64,000 bases of DNA from Penicillus capitatus (taxonomy: Eukaryota > Plantae > Chlorophyta), in assembly GCA_965649825.1 (NCBI GenBank), contig OZ287700.1:1-64000 (forward strand), in the 5' to 3' direction. The notes under the pieces are model-generated. The model saw only the letters and a program-made list of their open reading frames with translations, ran no database searches and was not told the DNA's origin. Of the stretch, positions 25,318 to 39,413 are shown piece by piece; the first letter of the stretch is position 1; each line of letters starts with the position of its first letter. A program made the translations under genes and the position numbers.

Positions 25318-25581
25318 GAATGCTCTCTCTCTCAAACAGACACTCGAGAAGTAGAACAGTCGACGGAGACGAGATCATACATATCTTATTCACGAGCCTG
25401 TAAGAGTGTCTGTCCACTGAAAATGTATCACTCCATCGCAAGAAAGACATATGCGTCGTTAAATGCCGGGTCAAAATCTGTTCGCCAGATTACTTACCGT
25501 AGCTTAGAGGGTTGGAAACGGCGATCGCTCTGTTTTCACCAGTCAACGACAGCTGGTTGACTCGACAGAAGGTCATCGGCG

Positions 25582-27302
25582 ATGACGAAGATCACCGTGG
25601 AATTGTTGCGTAAGGTTAGGCAGGCTTCTTACTTACTGTCATTGTCGTCAGAGCTGAATTGGCAGAGGGCGGAGCACAATGAAGGAATACTGGAGACGCT
25701 CGAGGAAATCTCACTGCACCAGCAGAACATTGAAAAAATCGAACTGCTCAACCATCTCTGTCCAGGACTCAAAATCCTATACTTGCAAAACAATCTCATT
25801 GGCAGAATCGAAAACCTCCAGAAACTCAAAGCAAGAGATTCTGAGTTGAATCCATCTGGAGAAATGCTGATTGAAGGAACTCGAGTATCTCAATCTGGCT
25901 CTGAACAACCTACGCCGAGTTGAGAATCTGGAGAGATGTGAATCTCTGGCCAAGCTGGATCTGACCATGAACTTCATCGAAACCACATCACTGTTGTCCT
26001 TGGCGACTCTTCAAGGAAACATGCATTTGAAGGAACTGCATCTCATTGGGAATCCCTGCACCGAGTGGAGTGCATATCGACTATACGTGATCGCAACATT
26101 GCCTCAGCTCAAACGCTTGGTGCTGCCTTGTCATTGAGAAATGCCAAAGTGCGGTTTGACAGGCTATTTATGGCAGGATGGTAAAGACATCACCATCTCT
26201 GAAAGACTGCTTGCTCGAAAGTCTTATCCCGAGATTGACAATCGACTTCGAGTCGAAAAAACAAGAGATGGAGGTGATCCTCTCCTTGATGTTGAAGCAA
26301 AGGGAAAGGCGGATGAGGGGATAGAAGAGACTGGCACAGTCGATGCGGACGGAATACTCAAACGCCCATGGTGTCCAGAAACCAGAATCCTTGAGCACAG
26401 AGAAGCCGTTTGAAAAACGGTCCCCTCGAAGGGCAATCAATGTGCAAGCTCTGGTCGTTTGTAGGAACTTGAGCGGGAAAAGAGCGCAGCGATTAAGAGG
26501 GCCAACCGAACAAAGCAATCGCAGAAAGAGAACCGCCCTCGCCATACTGTCAGTGTCGTTCGTGTCCGAAGCCGTGCATCATTACTTACCGCTTAGACAT
26601 TTCCGCAAGGGAAGGAGGACGAGCCGATTCTCCAAAAGAATGAGGGAGAGTGGATGTTCACGCTGGACGAATCGGACGACGGGTGAGGCCTGACTAAGTA
26701 TCTCGCATCCGACACTTTGCCCTATGTTTGCCCCGAACAGTTCCTCTGTTCTGTTGGATATCGCCCTGAGTGCTCATCTCGACATCTCCCTCATCCAAAT
26801 AGACATCCAAGCGACTTACATCCGTGTGCTCGTCAAAGGCCGTCTCTTGCAGCTGCGACTTCCTTGTCAGGTAACTCGGTGTTTAAGAGAAACAAAGAGT
26901 GCGTGTAGAATTCAGGTGCTGTCAGATCTTTGCAAAGCGGAGCGATCACTCACAACAGGCAATCTGCTGATCACCATGCCGAAAGCATCGCCTGGGGAGG
27001 CACCAAATCTGCTCTATATGAGATCCAGAGAGAAGAAAGAGGGTCTAGAAGGCGACGATCCTCTGACATCGGCTGCTCCGTGCCGACCGGTTAAGAAGAC
27101 GCAGCGTGCCGCGGTAAACGTAGGAGTTCTGGGGTGCGAACTTAAACATGCGCGATATCTGAAGGCGCGGGGGAAAGCGCGTCTGTGCCCGTCCCTGAAT
27201 CCTGGAGAGTGGCATCTCAAAGAGGTGAAGCATGCCGCCATGGAAGTGATCAACGACACGGAAGAACATGACGACAGCGTTCCTGAACTACAAGCGTTTT
27301 GA
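25582..27302 (+). CDS. LRRC6: Dynein axonemal assembly factor 11 (LRRC6/TILB), multi-exon
   Basis: [11 protein letters not shown]|[29 protein letters not shown] repeats, RPWCPETR and a C-terminal CS-like region. All exons splice in frame. Confidence 0.92.
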
Positions 27303-28039
27303 AGTTCTGGATGCGTGTGGTGCACAACAGTGTCAGCGAGCCATTCTACCGTTTTCTATCACGGCGTTCTTTCGACCGATCCATCGATTTTCCAGTATTC
27401 TTAGCTTTTTCATTGACTCTTCTGTAGCTGGGGCATTTCGAATTCGGCGAATTCACTCTCTACAAACTCCTTCCGATGTGGCAGTTATCATCCAGAAATG
27501 TAGACAGACCACATCTACAATTTCGTTCTGGCATATGCAGCCACGTGGTTCGCGAGAGATTAGTAAACACGCATGTTACATCGTGGTTCCAGTCCACTAT
27601 CAGTTAAGCCCCTTAGAACGAACAGCGCTAACCGCATTTATCGCCGAAAGATGAAGAAGAAACACTTCTTTCAATAAATAGCAAACATAGAAAATCTGGC
27701 GAACAGAGTGCGAATAAAATAGATACACACTGATTCCCATTGACAGAAGACGAGATCATAATTCAATGTCCTTTCTTAGAACATATGTTCTGAGATTGGA
27801 TCGTCTTCTTTGTCTACCACGAAAGACAATCCCGAGAAAAAGAGAGTTATTAGATCAGACAGAACACAGGGTTGATTTTAAACTCGAAATTACTAGAAGC
27901 ATACCCAAGGGTGTTTATTTCACACACGGCAATGAAAGCAAGAAAAAAAGCAACAGAGTGTTGCATCAGTGATGACATATGAACGGCTAGGATGCTTTGA
28001 TACTGAGAAATACATAAATGGCAAACGCTCTCATGCCAT

Positions 28040-31000
28040 CTACACATCAGGAGTGTCAGTTGAAGCTGCTGCAGTGTGGCCGTTTTTGAAGAAGTCTAGC
28101 AACTCGGATGTCTCATGTTTCAGCCAGGCCTTCAGCACTTGGAAATTTCCTGCATTGGAATCATAGTCATCTATTTCCTCTTCCAACATTAGATTCAGAT
28201 ATTCAATGCCATACTGTCCAAGAGTGCAAGCAAAAACAAGAAACGTCATAACATTGAGTAGAAGACATAAAATGGAGACGGCTAGACGCTTTCCATCTTC
28301 TGGAAATCTCTCATTGCGCAGCATTGCTGCAATCAGTATTGTCAGTACAGACACGAATGAAGAACATAGTTCGATTTTGTTAAGTTCATGAAATTCCTTG
28401 CGATAAGGCATTGTGCATATCTGCGCTCCCATAACAAGCAAGATGAATATAGCAGCACCGATGATCGGCAATTGACTGTCAAAGCGATAAGCACAGAAGG
28501 CTAGAAAGGCAACAATTACTTTTCTCACAATGACGACGACCTCCCAGTACCGTCGATGTCCAGGAACATAGCCACGATAGAGGAATCCGACAGTCTCATA
28601 TTCCCAACTGGATTGATTCTTAAGTCGTCCTTCCGAAGCGCCCAGTGTCATGACGAACACAACGAGCAAACCACCGTAGACAATCGCAACAAAAGACAAG
28701 ATTAAAATCACCAGAGATCGATGTGCACCCGTAAAGCATTCCAGATCGGTGTCCATTGCCCAACGGCTTGTTGTATGATCATCTTCTGGATCCGAAGAAT
28801 CGTGAACATCGACACAAAGTTGCGCACTGAGAGCCGATTTCATCACAGGGACGGATGTAATGTACCAAAGGACCATGACTGACAGGACAATTCTCTTCCT
28901 GCCATACTCAAGTCTTTTCTTCATTGGATAGAAGAACACAATAGCAGCCCAGAAGACCGCCAATAACAAGAATGCCAAGCTCGGAATGATGCACACAGTG
29001 GTAACCAGGCTTGCAGCAGTTCGTTGAAAGATGGGATTGTTTGAGCTCAGACATATAACAGAATGTTGAATCCGATCCGCGGCCAATCCTCCAAGGAACT
29101 CTGTGAAACACAAAGCAAGTGGCCATTGTCCGACGATGTCTGGTGTGCACCTGCTACTTCCGCCATGACAAGGACAGGGACATCCCATCCAACATCCAGA
29201 GAGGCGATCAACACCGTCATTTGTATGTAGTTTAGTGTGATCTGTCACGTCGCATTGCAAAAATAGAGTATTCATTGCGCTATGTTACCTTGAACATTTC
29301 AATTGCTTTCCATTTTGCAAGAATGGAAGAAGAGGCTTCTACTCCTTTCGGTTCAAGATTTCTTTCAGAGCCTCGATTTCCGTTGTGGAGCATATTCGCT
29401 TCTATCGCATCTGCACTCTGCTGTAGTCGATGCGTAGCATGTCCAACAAGTTGATTCAGCCTGCTTCGGTAAGATAATGCAAAATCTTTGCTGCCAAAAA
29501 CAGTCAGCGTCCCCCTGATGGTTATGCCTGATAGAGTCAGCAGAATAACAGCTGAAACGACGATGACGGACACATTGCCAGCAGACGTTGGACAAGCTTT
29601 GCATTTGGATGATAAATGACTTCCGTAGGAGCTCTTGCATGATCCACACAACGGACCTGTATGGCCCTGTAGATTTAAACACAAACTGTCTCGAACAATT
29701 TTCAACCAGTTGAGAAGATCACCAACCTCTGCACACTGATGCTGCTGATACTTGTCTCTCTGTTCATCACCTATCCCGCAGCTGGTTATATTACGCGTCA
29801 TGTCTTTCAGTGTCTCAGAACGATCTTCAAACTTGCATGCATACGAGGTTAGACATTTCTGAAGGTGCTTGGAGCAAGGTGCCCAATGCCAGTATCCGTC
29901 CTTCGGGGTAATGGCATTTGTTTCACAGATGCCGTTCTCTGGACAAGATTTGCAGCTGTGGGATGAGGGATCAAAGCAGTAGGTGGAACTGCTGCATTGA
30001 CTGCAGAAGCCTGTCACCTCGTCCGTTATTTCCCCAATAACACATGATGGCACCGTTACGATGATGGTGATCGTCTTGATGGCCTTCTCATTGAAAGTGA
30101 TGTCAACGCTGTAATTGCCTGGGGCGCCATAGCCAACAACGGCAGGGAAACGGTGACTCTCGCCCATCACTTGTAGTGACACATTTCCAACCAGCAACTG
30201 TTCTGTTGCGGACAGAGTCGCTGTAATATCGTGATAACTGATGGATGCATTCTGGAATAGGCTGTCGAGCAGCTGTACTTCCATTTCTGGCAGTGGCGTA
30301 CCAATGCGGTACTCCTGGATGACATACTCTTCTCCACTCCTCACTCGAGCCGAACTCGTACGAGTCTTTAACGTCATCTCAGCCATTGCAGGGTACATTG
30401 CCAAAGTGTGACCATATTTACCAGCTGCATTCCCTGTCCATGTAGGACACAACTCTGTGCTGTTGCCGATTCTCCTCGACATTTTGGACTCTTCGCCAAG
30501 AAAGGCTGAATGCGCTTCACTTGATGCGATAGAGCAATTATATCGGATTGCTTCGAGGTATCCAGCAAAGATAGCTCCTCCGCAACGCACTGCCTTGTTC
30601 TTCTGGAACTCAGTACCTAACAAGGTGACAAAAGCACATTCTTCTCCATTTTCCAGGCATTCCTCGGCGTTAGAACCACTCTCAAAGCTAAGTCCCCCTA
30701 AAGGAAAACCCATTGCTGATGGTGCCTCCGTTTTATGACATGACACGATACCTCCAATGTCTGCCGTGTTCTTCACAATCTTGCTTCCAAACAACTGTGA
30801 CTTCAGTTTCTCTTTTCCATCAACAGCATCGAACGAAATGGCACCGCCCTTTCCAGTAGCCATATTACTCTGCAAAGTGCAGTTTACGCAGAGGACTGTA
30901 GATTGTTTCGCCTTCAAAGCACCTCCATTTCCTGATGCACTGCACTGCCTAACAGTCAGATGTCGAGCACTGAAATTGGATGAGGTGACAGCCACTGCTC

Positions 31001-34000
31001 CCCCGTCCTCCTTTGCAGTGCCATTGATCATGGAAGCATGCTGCACTACGACATGACTCTCTTTCGTCACAGAGATGAATCCACCAGATCCAGAAGATTG
31101 TGCATTCCTGAGTGTCGAATTCGTGATATCCACTCTTGCATTCTGTTCCACGACAAGACATCCCCCGTTCTCAGAAGCCGAGTTGTCCATAAAAGCCACA
31201 TTGGCGAATGTTCCGGTCGACATTCGTGCGCAACAGGCTCCTCCTCCATATTTAGCCCAGTTGTTTTCGAAGGAAGAGTGCTGCACTGTGAAACTGGGTG
31301 CTTGAGTAGAGTAGATGGCCCCACCTGAAGTGTTTGCGTGATTGGACTGGATGTCGGAGTTCGTGATTTCAGCAAGTGCCTCTTTCAAGAAAACGGCCCC
31401 TCCTTGTTCCGAGCATCGACAATTCTCTAGGGTCACTCCATCCATCAGGAGTCGGCCTTCATTGATGGCCAGACATCCACCGTTTGTTGTTGAAACGGCA
31501 TTAGTAAATGTCGAATCACATACACTGACGGACGCATCACCAGATGAAGCAAGGAATCCTCCATGAGTTGCATTGCCTTCTGTGAAGTTTGATTTGGCAA
31601 TGGAGATGGCTGAATAGGACACGTACACGGAGCCACCATCTTTGCCGCTATTTCGAAGAAAAGTGACGTTTTTCAGAACGGCATCCGCATCGGCAGCTGC
31701 GCATACTTCTGCATTAGCGTTCTCGTTGTTTACGGATCTTGGCGTGTTGTTTCTGGATACAGATGTATCGACTGAGATGGCGCCTCCATTTCTATGTGCT
31801 TGGTTTTTGCTGAAAATGCCATTCTTGCACGTAGCAGAAGCATCTACTGTTGACAAGGCGCCACCAGTCTCTGCTTGGTTCTCTGTCACAACGAAGTCTT
31901 CGAGGGATAAGTGACTGGAAGATTTTCCATGCAGGCATCCTCCAAACGAGTTTGCTGCATTTTCTGTGCAAATCAGATTCGTGGCAGTCATATCTGACTC
32001 TCTCATGTCGATGGCTCCGCCAGTTTCGAGTGCCACCCCTTTTGCAAAACTGCAGTGATCGAGTACCACAGATTGAGATTTCCGGCCAAACAGTGCACCC
32101 CCGTAAGTGGCTTTGCTTGCTGAGAAGTTCGAACCATTTATCGACATAGAGCATTCCAGAATGAAGATAGCGCCTCCTTCTTGATCTGCTTCACTCTTCT
32201 CGAAACTTCCATCTGTGATGTCGATGATGGACTTCCAGGCATAGATTGCTCCTCCATTCATAGCAGTGTTCTTAGTGAAGTTACAGCGATCCATGACAAT
32301 CCGCGATTCTTGGATTTGGCCTACACCTCCGGATATATTCGCTTCTCCATCCTCGAATCTGCAATCCGTCGCCGTAAAGTTGGAATACATGCAATTGATA
32401 CTGCCTCCGAAATTTGCTCTGTTTCTCAAAAAAGAACACCGAGTCAGTTCCATTTGCGAATGTTCAGTAGAACTGCCAGCACCAGATGAAGACGCAACGT
32501 TATCAGTGAAGGAGCAATTGTCAAATTCACCGTTGGATGCCTTTGTCAACTTCACAGAAGCCCCAGATGAAGCATTGTTATTAACAAATCTGCCGTTGGA
32601 GATTGATATGTGACTGTTCTGTTGACAGTAGATACCACCTCCATTGTCATCAGCTGAATTGTTAGCGAACGTAACGTCATCTCCAGTGATCCATGAGAAG
32701 TTTGACCAGATACCACCTCCATACTTTGATGCATGGTTCTTTGAAAAGACACATTCTTTCATCATAGACAATGATGAACTCATACTCAAGAACACGCCAC
32801 CTCCACTTAATCCGGAGTTTCCTTCTATCACTGTAGACGACAGAATCAAAGTCGAGTTTGTTGCTGATATAGCAGCTCCAACTTTAGCCCGATTGTTTTC
32901 GAATGCGCAGTTTTTCAACTCTGCATGCGCATGCATCAAGTGAAGACATGCACTGCTGTTCGTTGAACTGGCATCATTATCGACGAACAATGCATGTTCT
33001 ACCGTCAGGGACCCTCTTCCAAGGAGAATACAGGATCCAGCGTTTTCAATGGCCTCTATGCCCTTTGCGTGAGTCGAGGAATCCTCTGGAGCTTGCAGAA
33101 GGGCTGGGATATTTCCGGAGTCAGTGATCTGGCGGTTGCCTTGAATAATGACGTTCTCCAGGTGATTATTGCTCGACAAAAATGCAAAGCAGCTCAGGCC
33201 AAAGCACACATTATCCCTGAAGTCCACATTGATCATCTGCAGGGATGTGCGATTGGAGGCAGCCGGTATTAAGATGGCGACGGAATCATTCAGATTGTTG
33301 TTCCGAAAAGCGACCTGTTGCAATCGGAGCGCTCTAAGAGGATCGTTTAAACCGTACTCTGCTTTTATGATTGCTTTCGGCGAAGACCTTGAACTCAGCG
33401 AACAGTCTGAAAAACTCAGGTCCTCCAAGAGCACGGCTGATGTCCTAAAGACAGAAGTGACAGGTTCATCTGTCTTTACAGTAGAAATTACTTCAGGAGA
33501 AAAGACTCTCGGTTTTGCGGAGGACATCGGATGACTGTCTTTCCTGACGCCAGTCGGGCACTCTCATCACTGAGATGTGCATTTCTATTCATGCCACGGA
33601 TGGTAAGTTCGTGACTGATCACGACACGATCAGCAAGTTGAATCTCTGGTAATTCCAGAAAAATTGTATCGGCCGCGTTGGTACACTCAACGATAATCTG
33701 CAGGTCATTCTCGAGAGCATTCATGACTTTCTCATTCACAGTCCACGTGCGAGTGTTCGCATCTAAGTAATCGCGGATTTGAGGAGGGGACAACGAACAA
33801 GATTCCCCTGCAGGAGGAATTCAGTCGTTGTTGCATACGGGAAAGGGAAGCTGTTACTTTGCTGTACCAAGGTATCCGTATTCTGCAATAGAATTCGCGA
33901 CTTTGTTCCTTCCTGCTTAGCAGAACTCTTACAACAAATTCGCCACAAACTGGCGATATGTACTTTCGAAGTCGATTGGAAACGATGTCGGTTGTAAATG

Positions 34001-34209
34001 TCGACATAAGTATGAGCGCCACGAGATTTGCCGACTTCCTTAAGGACAGTGTTCGTGTGACGAGCACGACGTGTGACTGAAGCTGCAATAGAGCCGTGCG
34101 GCGAACTCGGACTAATATCTCTGCCGCCGTCCATACTGTCGGCGAAAGCATGTTGGCTAACAACAGGGCGGAGAAGAAGAAAGCACGAAAACGTCAATAG
34201 GATACGCAT
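28040..34209 (-). CDS. Large surface protein of about 1900 aa: signal peptide, Pmp-like GGAI/FxxN beta-helix repeats, Cys-rich region, about 9 TM helices
   Basis: 1415-codon ORF with many F..N.A..GGAI units, then CPENGIC..GYW and GHTGPLCGSC, then a TM region with ITLNYIQ and YWEVVVIVRKV. 5' exon structure uncertain. Confidence 0.85.
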
Positions 34210-34559
34210 GGTCTCGCAAAGAAAGCGTTGCTCGCTCGAAGCTGTTAGCGGATTCGTCCCCCTGATTTAATGATGAAAACATTCTTCAGATTTGGAGAAT
34301 TGTGATGTCTATGGAGTGTGCCATGACGCTTTAATGCCGTATAAGAAAATCTTCAGCTCATTACAAAACGCATCCAACGTTATATGAAGTTAAGCTTTGT
34401 ACTGATGTTGGCGACGGCCGCTTTCTTATTCGAAGACGACAGCATCAAAGAGGTCCTCATACAGAACGCTTTCCTGTGCGAGTGAGACCACTCTTTAGCG
34501 CTCCCGTTTTACTATATTGAAGGGAGATTTCGTCCCCGTGATCTGCCCAGATTACTTTG

Positions 34560-35435
34560 AACTCGGCCTCGGTCTGCACAAACACAAAGCAATGGACGAT
34601 ATGACAGAAGACGGAGCTGTATCTGACGTGATGGAAAGATGCTGGCAGAGATGCTTAGACCCCAAGTAGATGCGCTTTCTTGAGAAAAGACTCCAAGGCA
34701 AGGCATAACGACCAAACACGGTTTGTACGACATTGGTGCGATCAAGGCAATCGACACAATTGGTGCGAACGATGCCGTGAAGGACACGGTGAGTCATTTC
34801 TCTTCTTTTTTCTGCAGCGAACACGACATCGGACTGTCGATTTGACACCCTTTCGGTGTAGCTGTGTCTCAGAGGCACAACTATCCAACAAGCTGCTGTC
34901 CAAAAAGGGAACTTCACAACCCTCCCTCTAGTCGGTACGAGTCAGCCCCGTTGGATTTCGGGAGGTTTGCCTCCGGGGAAATGGCGCTAGCGAGCAAAGG
35001 CAACGGGTTCAACCATCGCATGCGGGGCCGGCCTGGCCGGGTACCTCGAAGCCTTGGTTGGACGCGACCTGTGGCCGATATCTCCTAAAGGCCCAGTCAA
35101 CCGGGGAAGGTCCGGAAACCTAAACCTAAACCTAAAAAGGGAACTTCGCACAACACATCATTGCTGTTTGGAAGCAGCAGCCTCCAGGAGTTCTGCTTAG
35201 CGAAGAGAAGGTCGCCAAACATGAAATCACCAAGAACTGGAGTCATTGGCAATGAAAAGAACACGATTCCTTTCTGTAAGATACAATGACCAGGGAGCGA
35301 TCGATGCAAATTGTGTTCCTTGGTGCAAAAACGTGGCCAATTCCGATCAGAAGCCAAGAAAACAACACAGACAATAGGTCTCGCGATTTCGAAGATTCGT
35401 CTTATCAAAGGGCCGAAAAAATCTCCTACACGCAA
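34560..35435 (-). pseudogene. SAC phosphoinositide phosphatase fragment, interrupted by an insertion
   Basis: GIVRTNCVDCLDRTNVVQ (CX5R catalytic motif). Only a short internal part is present. Confidence 0.7.
34902..35147 (+). mobile_element. 218-bp retroposon-like insertion (SINE or 5'-truncated LINE) with 14-bp TSD and (AAACCT)3 tail
   Basis: AAAAAGGGAACTTC at 34902-34915 and 35134-35147; GC-rich body 34916-35115; tail 35116-35133. Confidence 0.7.
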
Positions 35436-35557
35436 TATTCTGCTGTCAAAAGTGTCAAGTGTGGCATAATGTTTTCTATTAAATTATCAAGGATCTCAAC
35501 TGATGCAATGTGCTTGCTTGCACATGACAGCTGGCAGCGTGCATATCGCCGTTGGCA

Positions 35558-36715
35558 TCACGCTGGGAAGCTTCTTCCCAGTTCCTTGTTGATGGCCTCT
35601 CGCATCTCGGCGTAACTGTCATAGCCAGTGACCGGCTTCAGCAACCTATTCCACACTTGATCCATCATCTGCTGTGCTTCTGCCGAGAACGCTTTCCCTG
35701 ACTCGTTCACTTTTCCTTTCCTGACCTTCCCGGGATTCTTGCTCTTGTCCAGACCAGCATCTCTCTTCAGTCCAGCGGCCTCGTTTCTGGCGAGCTTGAA
35801 CAGGTGCGAGTCAAACTTAGAGTCATGCTTCTTCATGAAGTCTATACTCGCCTAAGAATCGCAGACCGGTTCATTTCAGGTGCGTAATTTCATGCATCCA
35901 AACCTGTCGCTCAACCAGATCAAGCAGATCAGGGTCCCCGACACCCAAATTGGTGAAATCTGACAAAAGCTTGATGCATTTCTTGAGATCTGCTTTCAGG
36001 TCTTCGTAGTGCAGCCATAGAACATTCTCATCCTTTCTGTGCGGATACCACCCGGCTAGAAGAAAGACGCCCTCAGAATGGATTGACTTGCGAGAACATC
36101 CTTGCCTAAGTGCCGCATTTGATCAGCGTTGAAATCAAGGATATCTGCTTTCGGGTTGTCGTACACAAAAAACCATTCGATAAACTCGTCCAGTGTAAGA
36201 TCTTCTGGCTCGAAGACCCAGTGCAGGTAATAGTGATAGAAGGACAGCGCGGCGTCCTTGGGGTTCCTGTGCTGACGGCCGTCGGTGAGTTCATTACGTG
36301 CCGATTTCCGAACCTGGTAACTACGATGTATTTCTCGGCAGATGGACAGTGCTCTGCCGCTGCGTGCGTTTTGTAAATGAGTGGTTCTTCTGGGCGTGCG
36401 TTCCAGTCACCGGCGCCACCCAATGCGCCAAATTCCAGGAAGGGAATCACGGCGTTAATATCGTCGTAGTCCATACTGCCACCCGTCCGCAGTCCATGGA
36501 GAATCTAGTAGTGACGCGTCGATTCGTCACGACCCATCGGCGAGCCCTACCTGTTGAACCCACGTTGTTCCGGATTTAGTGCCGACGGAGAGAAGAATGT
36601 CTCGTTCTCCGAGTTTGGTTTCGAGCCCTTGACACAGTTCGTCGGTAGGAGCGAGCTTTTTTATCCGCGTAAAGATCTCATCGACCTTCGGCGGTACGCT
36701 GAACGTCTCGTTCAT
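35558..36715 (-). CDS. PAPS-dependent sulfotransferase (Sulfotransfer_1), 5 exons
   Basis: KSGTTW 5'-PSB loop, IYKTH, RNPKDAALSFYHY, WLHYEDLKADL and VRKG motifs. Splicing restores the frame, including a GC-AG intron at 36105-36056. Confidence 0.9.
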
Positions 36716-38784
36716 CTTTTTTGCAAAGAAGTAAAATGCTGAGGATAGATTGTCTTTGACGCAGTGTCCTGCTTGTACGAATCGCAACCGTAACACGCTC
36801 TCCTTCTGTCAGTCGTTTCCTTTTCTCTCGATGACTGATGCTCGCACATCTGATCGATATCACTAGATGCCTGCCTCATCGTTGCGTGTGCGAATGACCC
36901 ATGATAGAAGCTTCTGGACAATCTTCGTTCTTCAGAAGAGCTGTCCTGTGGTCGATACCGCATGAATCCGTTTGGTTTGTAGACATCCACATCCGTTGCA
37001 TTTAAAGTGGCACTGTTCGATTAGCATAAATTCTTGCATCGACTCCGCTGCGCCTCTTCTCCAGATGACCCTTCTGGACGCAGAGGACTCGACGGCAGCA
37101 AGCGTCCTGCGCTGTGGGCACTACGGATCACGCGCACCATCTCACTGTAACCACCCTTTGCCAACAGCGCTCGTTTTCCAGGGTCTGACGCAGAAACAGG
37201 ACGGAACACGTTTCTAAAATACTCGTACAAAGAGGAGCGTCCACGCTTTTTTCTCGAAGCCTTTTTAGCTACGTAACAGGTGCTGATGATTGCATAGTTT
37301 AGCTTCGCATTCATTCTCATGACAATGATTGGGCGTTACACTTTACGGCTGGATCCAATAACGTCTGATGATAGAAGAGCGATTAGAACGCGAGGATCAT
37401 GGTGAGGACGACTCGCAGTATCGGTTGAAACCCACTTGGTCTGATTGTACCGTCGCGACACGCGACGAATGTGTATCTTGTTTCAACGCCGCCTTCAGGC
37501 AAAAGAGTTGACAGACTTTGCCAACCAGGAGAACTGCCAGTTCACGCGGCCATGAAGAAAGCCATCGCCGGATCTGTGACAAGTTGCGAATAGGCGTAAG
37601 ACGGATCCAACATTTCTCGCGCATCTCAAAGCAGGCAGGCTCATCAGCTGCTTCTGAAGATAGGTCTCGTTGTCTACATGTGATAAAATGACGAAAAAAA
37701 GAAGAGTAAGAGTATGCGGAAACAACAAACGTCTTCGAATAATCTGCGTCTTTCGAAGAGTGAAACGATGCGATTGCCATCTATCGATGTCTGGCTCCTG
37801 GACGATATCTTTAATCTCTTGGATGAAATGCTGGAGTGAGAGATCGATTCTGCGATGCAGTTGGCAATCGTTCGAAGAGGCGGTCTTTCCGGCATCTCTC
37901 CTGCTGCTTCCTGGTAGCTATCTTCGACCGCACTTCATGATGTGACTGGGCGAGTCATGCCTTCAGCAAAGTCAACGGATTGTGTGCGTCTCGACACGTC
38001 CCTCACACATCCAAAAAGACCCTTGCTTTTGTTGCAGAACTCCAACAAATATCGAACAGACAGTCCATCTGCCTGTCACAGTCTGCGAGGCTAAGTTGAA
38101 ACGTCTATCTTACATGTAACATATTCTCACCCTTCAGTCTTTTCCAGTTCCCCGTTTAGTCTTCTAGTGGAGAAAGCTCCTTTATTTGTTTGGATGTTAT
38201 CCTTCGACGACGTATCGGCGATTGAGGGCTGAGCGGTTTTGTTTCGATTGTTTTACGTATGTCTCTCTTACTCTGCGCGTGCGCTATACGACAATGATGT
38301 CCTCCTGTTAAAAGAACGACGACACTTACCACGTTTCAACTGTGGTACGCAAACGCCGCCATTCCGCGTCTCCGTTGCGTCGGATGTGGTCAAGTGTAAA
38401 TACTGCTGTCAACTAAGAAGCGATCAAGATCACTGTTGCCAAGATTCCTCAATCCTATCTATTGCATTAGTCGTATCACAAATGACGTTAAGACTTTCTC
38501 CGTGTGAAGACTCTGTGCGTTGTAATGACAGCGACGTGCCGTGTAGTGAACGAACATAACCCCCCAAACATGCTCTTTAAACTGCTGTTTTGTTTTGCTA
38601 AGGTAAATCAGCTGGCACCATCAGTGGCATTGCAGTTGTTTAGACCATGGGCATGAGACACACACAAACAAACAACAGGTAGAAATGAGTGTACGATTTC
38701 ATCTGGACTTTGGACAAGTCCTCCCAAGTTGGCTCAGCAAAGGCAGAAACTGACAAAAATCGAGCCAGATCAACAAAAGCGCCC

Positions 38785-39331
38785 TCAAGTAGTGGCAACG
38801 AGTGGCTTAGCAGCGAAAGCTGAAAAATCAGGATAGCATTCGTAATACCCGTCAGTCTTTTTCATAAAGCTGGCATACCAATACCCGTGAAGACTGACCC
38901 CATCCCATCTCAATTGAAGAATCCCATAGTAATTATTCACCGTTGTCTTGATGTAGCCTCCCGTCAACAATTGAGTCGTCGGAGAATAGTAGAAAGTGAA
39001 AATGTCATTAAGCCTGGGCATCAATCCTACAAAAAACTCGATCACAGTTTCTCAGAATACAGGACTTACCTCTGTATCTCAAGCTAACAGGGACCTCCAG
39101 ACTCAGCGTCAAAGGTGCCTGGCCGTTTGGTTTTTTGGTTGACGCATCCTTCGCAAGATTCCACCACTTACAATCGTAAGTTCCCGTAGGAACTTTGTCG
39201 ACTGAAAACGGCGTCGCCTCGGCCGTTCCACAGAAAACACTGGCGAAGCAGAGGATAGCAACTAGGATGAAACAAGCTACCGAGCATGGGATCTAGAAAA
39301 ATCGCAAACCTGCCAGACTTGTCGCCTTCAT
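38785..39331 (-). CDS. Novel secreted 151-aa beta-rich protein; exons 39331-39310, 39261-39070, 39026-38785
   Basis: Two canonical GT-AG introns (48 and 43 nt) give a continuous ORF with the signal peptide MKATSLAVAILCFASVFCGTAEA; TATA box upstream. Confidence 0.8.
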
Positions 39332-39413
39332 GTTGGACACCACGCAGAAGACCTTGTTTCGTTAACCGGGTAAGCTGAGAACAGAGTTTGCAAAAAACAT
39401 TGCGCAACAGCGC

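Noticed and set aside
36720-38560. Possible minus-strand gene or genes upstream of the sulfotransferase
   Set aside because: Some exon-like segments exist, but no consistent splice model or homology could be built.
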